Part shown: piece after piece, positions 12,401 to 24,400 of the stretch | How positions within the stretch are numbered: the first letter of the stretch is position 1 | How the letters are laid out: every line of letters starts with the position of its first letter | From: Octopus sinensis | Taxonomy: Eukaryota | DNA length: 64,000 nt | Assembly (NCBI RefSeq): GCF_006345805.1 | Contig: NC_043013.1 | Span: forward strand, 19,282,001-19,346,000 | Direction: 5' to 3' | Notes under the pieces: model-generated | Databases searched by the model: none | Told to the model about the DNA's origin: nothing | What the model saw: the letters and a program-made list of their open reading frames with translations, nothing else | Made by a program: the position numbers and the translations under genes

Positions 12401-15400
12401 TGTTGTGGTTGTTGTTGGTTTTGTTGTTGCTGTTCTTTTTGTTGTCTTGGTTGTTGGTTTCGATTCTGTAGTGATTATTTTTGGTCTTATTGTGGTTATT
12501 GCTTCCGTTGTGGCTGTTGTTGGTTTTGTTGTGGTTGTTGCGATTTTTGTTGGCTCTGTAGTGGTCATGTTTGCTTTTAGTGTGGCCGTTGGTTCTGTTA
12601 TGGTTGCTATTGGTTTTGTTGTGGATGTTGTTGATTTTGTTGTCAGTGTTGTTGGTTTTGTTGTGATTGTTGTTGGTTCTGTAGTGGTCATTCTTGGTTC
12701 TGTAGTTGTTGTTTGTTCCGTTGTAGTTGTTTTTTGTTCTGTTGCAGATGTTGTTGGTTCTGTAGAGGGTATTTTTGGTTCTGTTGTGGTTGTTCGCTCT
12801 ATTGTAATTGTTGTTGGTACTGTAGTGCCTGTCGTTAGTTTTGTTGTTGTTGTTGGTGGTTCTGCAGTGCTTGTTATTTGTTTTGTTATGGTTGTTGTTG
12901 GTTCTGTTGAGGTTGCTGTTGGTTTCGTTGTGGTTCTTGTTGGAACTGTAGTGGGAGTTGTTGGTTTTGTTGTGGTTGCTGTTGTGATTATTGATGGTTC
13001 CGTTGTGATTGCTGTTGATTTTGATGTGATTCTTGGTTCTGTTGTGGTTGTTGTTGGTTCTGTTGTTGTTGTTGGTTTTGTTCTGGTTATTGTTGGTTCT
13101 GTTGTGGGTGTTGTTGGTTCTGTTTTGGTTGTTGTCGGTTCCGTTGTGGTAATTGTTGGTTTTGTTGTGGTTGTTGATAATATAATGGGTGTTCTAGGTT
13201 CTGTTGTGGTTGTTGGTTCTGTTGTGGTTGCTGGTTCTGTTGTGATTTTTGGTTCTGTAGTGGGTGTTGTTGGTTGCATGGTGGTTGTTCTTGGTTTTGT
13301 TGTGGCTGTTATAGGTTCTGTAGTAGTTGTTTTTGGTTCTGTTGTGGTCATATTTGGTTCTGTTGTAGTGAGAGTCGTTGGTTCTGTTGTGGATATTGTT
13401 GTGGTTGTTGTTGGTTCTGTTGTGGTCTTTGCTAGTTCTATTGTAGTTGTTTTTGATTTTGTTGTGATTGTTGTTGGTTCTGCAGTGATTATTGTTCGTT
13501 TTATGGTGGTTATTGGCACTGTTGTTGTTGTTGTCGGTTCTGTTTTGGTTGTTGTTGATTCTATAGCGGCTGTATTTTGTTTTGTTGTAGCTATTGTTGG
13601 TTCAGTAGAGGTTGCTTTTTGTTTTGTTGTGGATGGTGGTTCTATTTTAGTTGTAGTTGTTTTTGTTGTGATTATTGTTGGTACTGTAGTGTGTGTCGTT
13701 AGTTCTTTTGTGGTTGTTGTTGGTTTTGTTGTGGTTGTTATTGGTACTGTAGTGGGAGCTGTTGGTTTCGTTGTGGTTCTTGTTGGTACTGTAGTGGGAG
13801 TTGGTGGTTTTGTTGTGGTAGTTGTGATTTTTGATGGTTCTGTTGTGATTGTTGTTGGTTGTGATGTGGTTGTAGGTTCTGTAGTTGTGGTTGTTGTTGG
13901 TTGTGCAGTGGTTGTTGTTGGTTTTTCTATGGTTATTCTTGGTTTTGTTGTGTCTGTTACTGTAGTAGTTGTTGTTGGTTCTTTTGTAGTGAGAGATGTT
14001 GGTTTTGTTGTGGTTGTTGTTATGATTGTTGCTGGCTCTGTATTGATTATTATTGGTTTTCCTGTGGTTGTTGGCTGTGTTGTGGTTGTTGGTTGTGTTG
14101 TGGTTGTTGGTTGTGTTGTGGTTGTTGGTTGTGTTGTGGTTGTCGGCTTTGTTGTGGTTGTTGTTTCCGGTGTGATTGTTGGTTCTATTGTTGATATTGG
14201 TATTGTTGTGGTTGTTGGTTTTGTTGTGGCTGTTGGTCCTGTTGTGGATGATAGTGTTGTTGTAGTTGTTGAGTCAGTTGTGGGTGTTGTTTGTGTTGTA
14301 ATTATTGGTTCGGTTGTAGTTGTTGTTGTGATTGTATTTGGTTCTGTAGTCGTTATTGTTGGTTTTATTGTGGTTATTGGTTCTGTGATGGTTGTTGTTG
14401 GTTCTGTTGTTGTTGTTCTCAGTTTTGTTGTGATTGTTGTTGGCTTTGTTGTCATTGTAGTTGTTTCTGTTGTGATTGTTGTTGTTCTTGGTTTTCTTGT
14501 GGTTGCTGTTGTTTCTGCTGTCGTTATTGTTGTTGTTTCTGTTGTGGTTGCTGTTGGTTTTGTTGATGGTTCTTTAGTAGTTATCGATGATTTTATTGTG
14601 GTTATTGGTTCTGTCATGGTTGTTGTTGGTTCTATTGCAGTTGTAGTTGGTTTTGTTGTGTTTGTTGCTGGTACTGTAGTGCGTGTCGTTAGTTCTGTTG
14701 TGGTTGTTGTTGGTTCTGCAGTGGGTGTTGTTTGTTTTGTTGTGGTAGCTGTGATTATTGTTGGCTCTGTTGTGGTTGTTGCTGGTTTTGTTGTGGTTGT
14801 TGGTTCTGTAGTGGATGTTGTTGGTTCTGTTGTTGTTGTTGTTTCTGTAGTTGATGTTCTTGTTTCTGTTGTAGTTGTTGCTGGTTCTGTTGTGGTTGTT
14901 GGTTCTGTAGTGGTTGTTGTTGGTTCTGTTGTGGTTGTTGGTTTTGTTGTGGTTGTTGTTGGTTGTGCAGTGGTTGTTGTTGGTTGTGATGTGGTTGTAG
15001 GTTCTGTAGTTGTGGTTGTTGTTTCTGTAGCGGGTGTTGTTGGTTGTATGGTGGTTGTTGTTGGTTTTGTTGTGGTTGTTGGTTCTGTAGTGGTTGTTGT
15101 TGGTTCTGTTGTGGTTGTTGTTTGAGTTGTAGTTGCTGTTGGTTCTGTTGTGGTTGTTGGTTCTGTAGTGGTTGTTGTTGGTTCTGTTGTGGTTGTTGTT
15201 TGAGTTGTAGTTGCTGTTGGTTTTGTTGTGGTTGTTGTTTCTGTAGCGGGTGTTGTTGGTTGTATGGTGGCTGTTGTTGGCTCTGCTATGGTCGTTCTTG
15301 GTTTTGTTGTGTCTGTTGTCGGCTCTATTCTGGTTGTTGTGAGTTTTGTTGAAGTTGTTGTTGGTTCTGCAGTGATTGTTGTTGGTTCTGTTGAGTGAGG

Positions 15401-18400
15401 TGTTCGTTTTGTTGTTGTTATTATTGGTTCTGTAGTGGTTGTCGCTGATTTTGTTGTGGTTGGTGTTGGTTCTCTTGTGGTCAGTTTTGGTTCTGTAGTG
15501 GTTGTTGTTGGTTTTGTTGTGGTTGTTGCTGCCTCTGTTGTAGGTAGTGTTGGTTCTGCTTTGGCTGTTGTCTGTTCTGTTGTGATTGTTGTTGGTTCTA
15601 TTGTGTTTGTTGTTTTTTCTGTCGGCCTTGTTGGTACTGTTGTGGTTAATTTGGTGATTGTTCTAGTTGCTGTTGGTTCTGTTGTGGTTGTTGGTTTTGG
15701 CGTGGTTGTTGATTGTTCTGTTATGGTTGTCGCTGGTTCTGTCTCTGTTGTTGTTGGTCCTTTTGTGGTGGTTGCTGGTTTTCTTGTGGTTGTTGTGGGT
15801 TTTGGTGCAGTTGTTTCTGGCTGTGTTGTTGATGATGGTTTTGATGTGGTTGTTGCTCTTTCTGTAGTCATTTGAGTTGGTTGTGGTGTGGTTGTTTTTG
15901 GTTCCGATGTAGGTTTTATTGTTTGCGTTGTGGACGTTGTTGGTTCTACGGTTGTTGTTGCTGCTGCTGTTGTGGTTCTTGTTCGTTCCACTGTGGTAGT
16001 TGTTGACTCTATTGTATATGGTTGTGACTTCGATAGGGTAGTTGTTGCCTGTGATGTTTTTGATTCTGTTGTAGTTGCTAGTTTTGGTTTTGGTTCTGTT
16101 GTGGCTATTGTTGCTTCCGGTGTAGTAGTTGTTGGTTTTGGTGTGATTTTTGTTGGATTTGTTGTAGATGATTTTGGTACTGGTATGGTTGTTGCTGGTT
16201 TTGTTGTGGTTGACCTTGTTTGTCTTGTGGTTGTTGTCGTTGATTTTGGTGCGGTTGTTGTTGGTTCTGTTATAGCTATTGTTGGATTTGATAAGATTGT
16301 TGTCGGCTCAGGTTCAGCTTTTGTTGGGACTGGTCTAGTATTTATTTGTTGTGTTGTCATTGTTGCTGATTCTGCTGTAATCGGTGATTTTTCTGCCGTT
16401 CTTGCTAATTCTGTTGTGGATAATTTTGTTTTTGGTGTGGTTGTCATTGGTATTGTGACGGTGGTGGCGGCTGGTTCTGTTGTGGTTGTAGTTTGTTCTG
16501 TTGATGATGTTGTTGGTTCTACCGTGACTGTTATTGGTTTCGTTGCGGTGGTTTTAGGTTCTGTTATGGTTATTGATTCTGTTGTGGTCATTGTTGGTTT
16601 TGTTGTTGTCGTTAGTGGTGGTTTTGCTGTTGCTGTTGTTGTTGTTGTTAATGGTGGTTTTCTTTTTGCGATTGTTGTTGATCCTGTTGTTCCTGTCGGG
16701 TGCGTGGTTGTTGTTCTTGTTTCCGCTTTGGTCGGAATTGGTTCTCTTCTGATTGTTGTTTCTGTTGAAGTTGCTGACGGTTCGAGTGCAGTTTGTGTTA
16801 GTTTTGCTACGGTTGTAGTTGGTTCTGCTGTGGTTGTTTTTTGTACTGTTGTGGTTGGTTTTGGTTCTGCTGTGACTGTTGGTTCTGTTGTGGTTGTTGT
16901 TGGCTCTGTTGTGGTTTTAGTTGGTTCTGCTGTGGTTGTTTTTTGTACTGTTGTGGTTGGTTTTGGTTCTGATGTGGCTGTTGTTGGTTCTGTTGTGGTT
17001 GTTGTTGATTCTCTTCTGGTTGCTGTTTGTTCTGTCGAAGTTGTTGACGGTTCGAGTGCAATTTGTGTTAGTTTTATTTTGGTTGTTGTTGGTCCTGCTG
17101 TGATTGTTTTTGGTTCTGTTGTCGTTGTTGTTGCTTTCATTGTTGTGGTGGTTGTTGCTGATTCTGTTGCGATTGTTGTTGGTTCTGTTCTAGTTGTACT
17201 TGGTTTTGGTGTAACTGTTGCCCGATTCGGTGCAACTGACGTTGCTTCGGTTGTGGTTGTTGTTGGTTCTTTTGTAGTTGTTGTTGCTTTTGTTGTGTTT
17301 GTTATTGGTTCTGTTCTGGTTTCTGTTAGCTCTTTTGTGGTTGTTAGTTCTGTTGTGGTTCTTGATTCTTTTGTGGTTATTGTTGGTTTTCTTGTGGTTG
17401 CTGGTTCTGTTGTAGTTGTTGGCTTTGCTGTGGCTGTTGGTTCAGTTTTGGTCGTTGTTGGTTCCGATGTGGTTACTGTCGGTTTCGTTGTGGTTGTTAG
17501 TACTGTGGTGGTTGGTGCTTCGGTTGTGGTTAATGGTTTTGTTGTGATTGTTGGTTCTGTCTTGGTTGCTGTATGTTTTGTATCTGTTGGCTCTGTTGTG
17601 GTTGTCGGTCTTCGATTTGTTGCTGGTTTTGTTGTGGTTGTTGGCTTTGTTGTGGTTCTTGGTCCCGTTGTGGTTCTTGGTTTTATTGTGGTTGTTGGCT
17701 CTGTTGTGGTTGTTGGTTTTCCTGCTATAAATGTCTTCGTTGTGATTTTCAGTTCTGTTGTTGTTTTGTTTGTGGTTGTTGGTGTTGTTGTGGTTGTTGT
17801 TTTTCCTGTGGTTGTTGGCTCACTTGTAGTTGGCTCTGTTGTTGTTATTGGTCTTTTTCTGATATTTACCTCCGTTGTGGTTGTTGGTTCTGTTGTGGCT
17901 GTCGGTGTGGTTGTGGTAGCTGTCTTTGTTGATGTTGTTCGCCTTTCTTTGGTTGTTGGTTCTGTTATGGTTGTTGGTTGTGTTGTGGTTGTTGGTTCCG
18001 TTGTAGTTGTTAGTTCTATCGTGGTTGTTGGTTTTGCTGTGATTGTTGGCTCAGTTGTGGTAGATGACTTTGCTGTGGTTGTTTGTTCTGTTGTAGTTGT
18101 TGGTACAGTTGTAGTTGTTAGTTTTGCTGTTGCATTTAGTTTTTCTGTGGCTGTTGGCTTTATTGTGGTTGTTGCTTTTGTTGTGGTAGTTGGCACTATT
18201 TTGGTTGTGGGTTCTGTTGTGATCATTGGTTCTTTTGTTGTTGTTTGTTCTGCTGTGGTTGTTGGTTCTGTTTTGGATTTGGGTTCTGGTGTTGTTTCCG
18301 TTGTGGTTGTCGGTCTTGTGGTTGTCGGTCTTGTGGTTGTTGGTTCTGATGTAATTGTTGGTTGTGTTGTGGTTGCAGGCAATTTTGTGGCTGTTGGCAT

Positions 18401-21400
18401 TATTGTGGTTGTTGGTATTGTTGGAGTTGTGGTTTCCGGTGTGGTGGTTGGCGCTGTTGTGGTTGTTGGCTTTGTTGTGGTTGTTGATTCTGATTTAGTT
18501 GTTGGTTTTGTTGTGGTTGTTTGTGTTGTCGTGGCCATAGCTTTTGTTGTGGTAATTGGTTTTGCTGTGGTTGTTAATTTTGTTGTGGTTGTTGTCTTAT
18601 CTGTGGTATTTATCTCTGATGTGGTTGTTGAACCTGTTGTGATTGTTGGTTCTGGTGTGGTTGTTGGTTCTGATGTGGTTGTTCGTTTTGCTATGGTTGT
18701 TGGTATTGTGGTGGTTGTTGAATTTGTTGTGGTCGTTGGTCTTGTTGTGGTCGTTGGTATTGTTGTGGTTGTTGGTATTGTTGTGATTGTTGCTTCTTTT
18801 GTGGTTGTTGGTATTGTGGTTGTTGGTTCTGTTGTGGTTGTGGGTTCTGTTGTGGTTATTGGTATTGTTGTGGTCGTTGGTATTGTAGTTGGCTCTGTTG
18901 TAGTCTTTGGCTTTGTTGTGGTTGTTATTTCTTTTGTGGTTATCGGTTTTGTTGTTGGTCCTATTGTGGTTGTTGATTCTGTTGTAGTTGTTGGTTCAGT
19001 TGAGGCATTTGACTCTGTTGTTGGTATTGGTTCTGTTGTCGTAGTCGGCTCTCTTGTAGATGTCGGTTCGGTTGTGCTTGTAGTTTTTGTTTCGGTTGTT
19101 GGTTTTCCTGTGGTAGTGTGCTGTCTTATGGGTGTTGATTCTATTGTCGTTGGATTTATTGTGGCTGTAAGTTTTCCTGTGGTTGTTGATCTTGTTGCCG
19201 TTGTTGGTTCTGTTGTGGTCCTTGATTTAATTGTGGTTGTTTGTTTTTTTGTGGTTGTAGGATTTGGTGCGATTGTTGGTTTTTCTGTGGTAGTGGGCTC
19301 CGATGTGGTAGTTGTTACCTCTGAAGTGATTGTTGGGTTTGTTGTGGTTCCTTGTTTTGTGGTGGTTGTTGTTTCTGTTGTGGTTGTCGGTTTTGGTGTG
19401 GTTGATGGTTTTGTTCTAGTTGTTAGCCTTGTTGTGGTAGTTGGCTCAGTTGCGGTTGTTGTCGGTTGTGTTGTGGTTGTTGATTTTGTTGTGCTTTGTG
19501 GTTTTTGTGTGGTAAATGGCTTTGTTGTGGTTATATGCTCTGTTGTGGCCATTGGTTTTGTAGTGGCTGCTTCTTCTGTGGTAGTTTGCTTTGCTGTAGC
19601 AATTGCTTCTGTTGTGGTTGTTAGTTTTGTTGCGGTTGTTGTTTCTGTTGTATTTGTTGGTTCTGTTGTAGGTGTTGTTTCTGTTGTAGTTGTTGGTTCT
19701 GTTGTAAATTTTGGTGCTGTTGTGGTTGTTTGTTTAGTTGTGCTTGCTTTTTCTGCGTTAGTTGTCTCTGGTGTGGTTGCTGGTTCATTTTTAGTTCTTG
19801 GTTCAACTGCGGTTGTGGTTGTAGGTTCAGTTGTAGCTGTTGGTTTTGTTGTGGTTGTTGGTTCCATTGTGGTCTTTGGTTCTGTTGTTGTTGTTGGTTC
19901 CATTGTAGTCTTTGGTTCTGTTGTTGTTGGTTCCATTGTGGTTGTTGGTTTTATAGTAGTTGTTAGTTCTGACGTGGTTATTGTTTTCCCTATGGTATCT
20001 GACATTGTTGCTGTTGTTGGCTCTGTTGTAGTTGCTGGTTGTCCTGTGGTAGTTGGTTCTGTTGTGGTTATTGGTTCTTTTGTAGTTATTGGTTCAGTTG
20101 TGATTATTGGCTCTGTTGTGGTTGTTGGTTTTTCTATAGTATTTGTCTCTGTTTTGGTTGTTGGTTGTCTTGTGGTTGTTGAGTCTGTTGTGGTTGTTTG
20201 CTCCGTTGTGGATGTTGACTCTGTTTTGGTTGTTGGTTTTTGTGTGGTTGTTGGTTCAGTTGTTGTAGTTGACTCTGTTATGGTTGTTGGTTCTGTTGTG
20301 GCTGTTGATTTTCCTGTGGTTGTTGGTTTTGTTATGACTGCTGGTTTTCCTGTTGAAGATGGCTTTGTTGTGGGTGTTGTTTCAGTTTTGGTTGCTGGTT
20401 TTGTTGTGGCTCTTCTTGTTGCTCTTGTGTTTGTTCTTGTTTCTTTTGTAGTTGTTGGTTCAGTTGTGCTTGTTGTATCTGTTGTGGTTAATTCTACTGC
20501 GGTTGTCCTTGGTTCTGTTTTGGTTGGTTGTTCAGTTATGGTTGTTGTTGTTTGTCTTGTGTTTATTGTCTTTACTTCTTTTGTGGTTGTTTTTGCTGTT
20601 GGTTTACTAGTTGGTTCTGGTGTTGTTGCTACTCTTGTTGAAGGTAATGTCGTTTTTGGTTCTTTTGTTTCAGTTTTGTTTGTTTCTGTTGGTTCCGTTA
20701 TTTGTGGTTCAGTTATGCTTGATGTTGTTCTTGATGTTTCTTTTGTGAGTGTCGTAATTTGTTCAGTTGCCATTGATGGCTCTGTTTTGAGTGTTGTTGT
20801 TGGTTCTGTTTTGTTCTTTCTTTTTGTTAGTTGTGTTGTTCCTGGTACTGTTACGGTCCTTCCTTTCCCTGCTGTGTTTTTTCTTGATGCGGTTATTGGA
20901 GTTGCGGTTGCTGTTGTTGGTACTGTGGTTGCTGTTGTTGGTACTGTGGCTGCTGTTGTTGGTACTGTGGTTGGTACTGTGGTTGCTGTTGTTGGTACTG
21001 TGGTTGCTGTTGTTGGTACTGTGGTTGCTGTTGTTGGTACTGTGGTTGGTACTGTGGTTGCTGTGTTGGTACTGTGGCTGCTGTTGTTGGTACTGTGGTT
21101 GGTACTGTGGTTGGTACTGTGGTTGTTGTTGTTGGTACTGTGGTTGGTACTGTGGTTGTGTTGTTGGTACTGTGGTTGGTACTGTGGTTGCTGTGGTTGG
21201 TACTGTGGTTGGTACTGTGGTTGCTGTTGTTGGTACTGTGGTGGTACTGTGGTTGCTGTTGTTGGTACTGTGGTTGCTGTTGTTGGTACTGTGGTTGGTA
21301 CTGTGGTTGGTACTGTGGTTGCTGTGGTTGGTACTGTGGTTGCTGTTGTTGGTACTGTGGTTGCTGTTGTTGGTACTGTGGTTGGTACTGTGGTTGCTGT

Positions 21401-24400
21401 TGTTGTTACTGTGGTTGCTGTTGTTGGTACTGTGGTTGCTGTTGTTGGTACTGTGGTTGCTGTTGTTGGTATTGTGGTTGGTACTGTGGTTGCTGTTGTT
21501 GGTACTGTGGTTGGTACTGTGGTTGCTGTGGTTGGTACTGTGGTTGCTGTTGTTGGTACTGTGGTTGCTGTTGTTGGTACTGTGGTTGCTGTTGTTGGTA
21601 CTGTGGTGCTGTTGTTGGTACTGTGGCTGCTGTTGTTGGTACTGTGGTTGCTGTTGTTGGTACTGTGGTTGTTGTTGTTGGTACTGTGGTGCTGTTGTTG
21701 GTACTGTGGTTGGTACTGTGGTTGCTGTTGTTGGTACTGTGGTTGCTGTTGTTGGTACTGTGGTTGGTACTGTGGTTGCTGTGTTGGTACTGTGGCTGCT
21801 GTTGTTGGTACTGTGGTTGTTGTTGTTGGTACTGTGGTTGCTGTTGTTGGTACTGTGGTTGCTGTTGTTGGTACTGTGGTTGGTACTGTGGTTGGTACTG
21901 TGGTTGCTGTGGTTGGTACTGTGGTTGCTGTTGTTGGTACTGTGGTTGCTGTTGTTGGTACTGTGGTTGGTACTGTGGTTGCTGTTGTTGGTACTGTGGT
22001 TGCTGTTGTTGGTACTGTGGTTGCTGTTGTTGGTACTGTGGTTGCTGTTGTTGGTATTGTGGTTGGTACTGTGGTTGCTGTTGTTGGTACTGTGGTTGGT
22101 ACTGTGGTTGCTGTGGTTGGTACTGTGGTTGCTGTTGTTGGTACTGTGGTTGCTGTTGTTGGTACTGTGGTTGCTGTTGTTGGTACTGTGGTTGCTGTTG
22201 TTGGTACTGTGGTTGCTGTTGTTGGTACTGTGGTTGTTGTTGTTGGTACTGTGGTTGCTGTTGTTGGTACTGTGGTTGCTGTTGTTGGTACTGTGGTTGC
22301 TGTTGTTGGTACTGTGGTTGCTGTTGTTGATGCTAGCTGAATTGTAACCGCTGTTGTGTCATGTTGCATTGTAGTTGATCTAAAGCCAGTTTGTAATGTA
22401 TTTGTTGTTAAGACAGGTTGTATTGTAGCTGTTGTTAAATCTGGTTGTATTGTTCCACTTGTTGTGTAAGGCTGTGTTGTACTTTTGTCAACTTGTGTTC
22501 TAGCTGTTGTTATGTCGGGTTGTGTCATAGTTGTCGCTATAGCGGGTTGTGTGGTACCTATTTTTGTGTCAGATTGCATTGTAGTTGTTAAGCGAGATTG
22601 TTTTTGAGCAGTTGTCATATCAGGTTGTGTTGTAGCTATTGTTGCTTCAGATTGCGTAGGATCTGTTGTTATGTCGATTTGTGTTAAACCTAACGTTGTT
22701 TCACTTCGAGTCTTATCTATTGTTATGTCAGATTTTATTGTACCTATTGTTGAGAAAGGTTGTGTTGTAGCTTTTGTTTTCACATGTTGTGTTGTAGCCG
22801 ATGTTACATCCGAGTTTGCTGTAGTAATTTCCTTATCATGTTCTGTTGAAGATGTTGCTACGTCTAATTTTGTTGTTCCTGTTATTGTATCATGTTGTAT
22901 TGTAGCTGTTGTTACATCAAGCTGTGTTTCATCTATTGTTGTTTCTTGCTGTGCTGTAGCTGTTGTTATGTCTATTTGCGTTTTAGTTGTTGTAGTTATT
23001 TCGTGAGGTTGTGTCGTAGCTATTGTTATGTCAGGTTGTATTGTAGCTGTTGTTGTGTGATGTTGTGTTGTATCTGTTGTGATTTCAGGTTGTGTTGTAG
23101 TTGTTGTATGAGGCTGTTTCGTAGCTATTGTTATGTCAGGTTGTGTTGTAGCTGTTGTTGTGTGATGTTGTGTTGTATCTGTTGTGATTTCAGGTTGTGT
23201 TATAGTTGTTGTATGAGGCTGTTTCGTAGCTATTGTTATGTCAGGTTGTGTTGTAGCTGTTGTTGTGTGATGTTGTGTTGTATCTGTTGTGATTTCAGGT
23301 TGTGTTATAGTTGTTGTATGAGGCTGTTTCGTAGTTATTGTTATGTTAGGTTGTGTTGTAGCTGTTGTTGTGTGATGTTGTGTTGTATCTGTTGTGATTT
23401 CAGGTTGTGTTATAGTTGTTGTATGAGGCTGTTTCGTAGCTATTGTTATGTCAGGTTGTGTTGTAGCTGTTGTTTTGTGATGCTGTGTTGTATCTGTTGT
23501 GATTTCAGGTTGTGTTATAGTTATTGTATGAGGCTGTTTCGTAGCTATTGTTATGTTAGGTTGTGTTGTTGCTCTTGTTGTGTAAGATTGTGTTGTAGTT
23601 GTTATGTGAAATTGTGTTGTCGCTGCTGTAGCTGTTGTAACAGACTGTGTTGTATCCGCTGTAATGTCAGTTTGTGATGTAGCTGTTGCTGAGTCAGGTT
23701 GTGGTGTAGCTGTTACGTGATGATGTGTTGCAGCTGTTGTTAAGTCAGATTGTGCTGTCGCTCCTGTTGTGTGAAGTTTTGTTGTATCAGTTGTTGTATC
23801 AAGTTGTGTAGTCGCTGTTATGTCATCTTGTATTGTGGATGTTGTTATGTCAGTGCTTGGTCTACTTGTTGTGTCATGTCGTGTTGTAGTTGTTACGTCA
23901 GATTGCGTTGTAGGTATTGCTATATCGGGTTGTGTTGTAACTGTTGTTATTGTGTGTCTGTGTGTTATTGCTGGAGTATGACTATAAGTTGTTGGTTTGC
24001 GACTATGTTTTTCTGTTGGTGTGTGAGTTGGTATGTTTTCTGATGTGTAACTGGACGATGCTGTTGGTGCGTGATCGGGCGTAGTTACTGTTGTGTGATT
24101 TGTTGCGGTTGAATTCGTACTAGTGTGGGATTTTGTTGGCATGTGACTAGATGTTGTTGGTATGTGACTGGGTTTTGCTAGTGTGTGACTAGATGTTATT
24201 GGTGTGTAACTGGATGTAATATGATTGGATGCTGTTGTCAGTGTGTGATTGCGTTTTGTCGTCCTAAATCCTCTAGTAATGGTTGTCGTCGGTCTAGAAC
24301 TAGTAGTATCAACCTGGACTGGACTAGACACTTTTGTTAAAAATAAACTACTTATTGGTGATGTTGCTATTGTTGATGTCTCTACTGAGCTTATTTGTTG

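Noticed and set aside
222-19806. Short Gln/His/Asn-rich minus-strand ORFs (e.g. 1191..1724, 2396..2719, 16807..17061)
   Set aside because: Alternative frames of the same Thr repeat, not separate genes.
20903-23575. CRISPR-like or telomeric array
   Set aside because: Contiguous tandem units with no unique spacers, no cas genes and no TTAGGG; the repeats are in frame with the coding exon.
150-23677. Very long Val-rich, Leu/Trp-rich and Cys-rich plus-strand ORFs (up to 2150 aa)
   Set aside because: Antisense shadows of ACA/ACC Thr codons; they are interrupted wherever the real frame has TCA or TTA-type codons and mostly use non-ATG starts.
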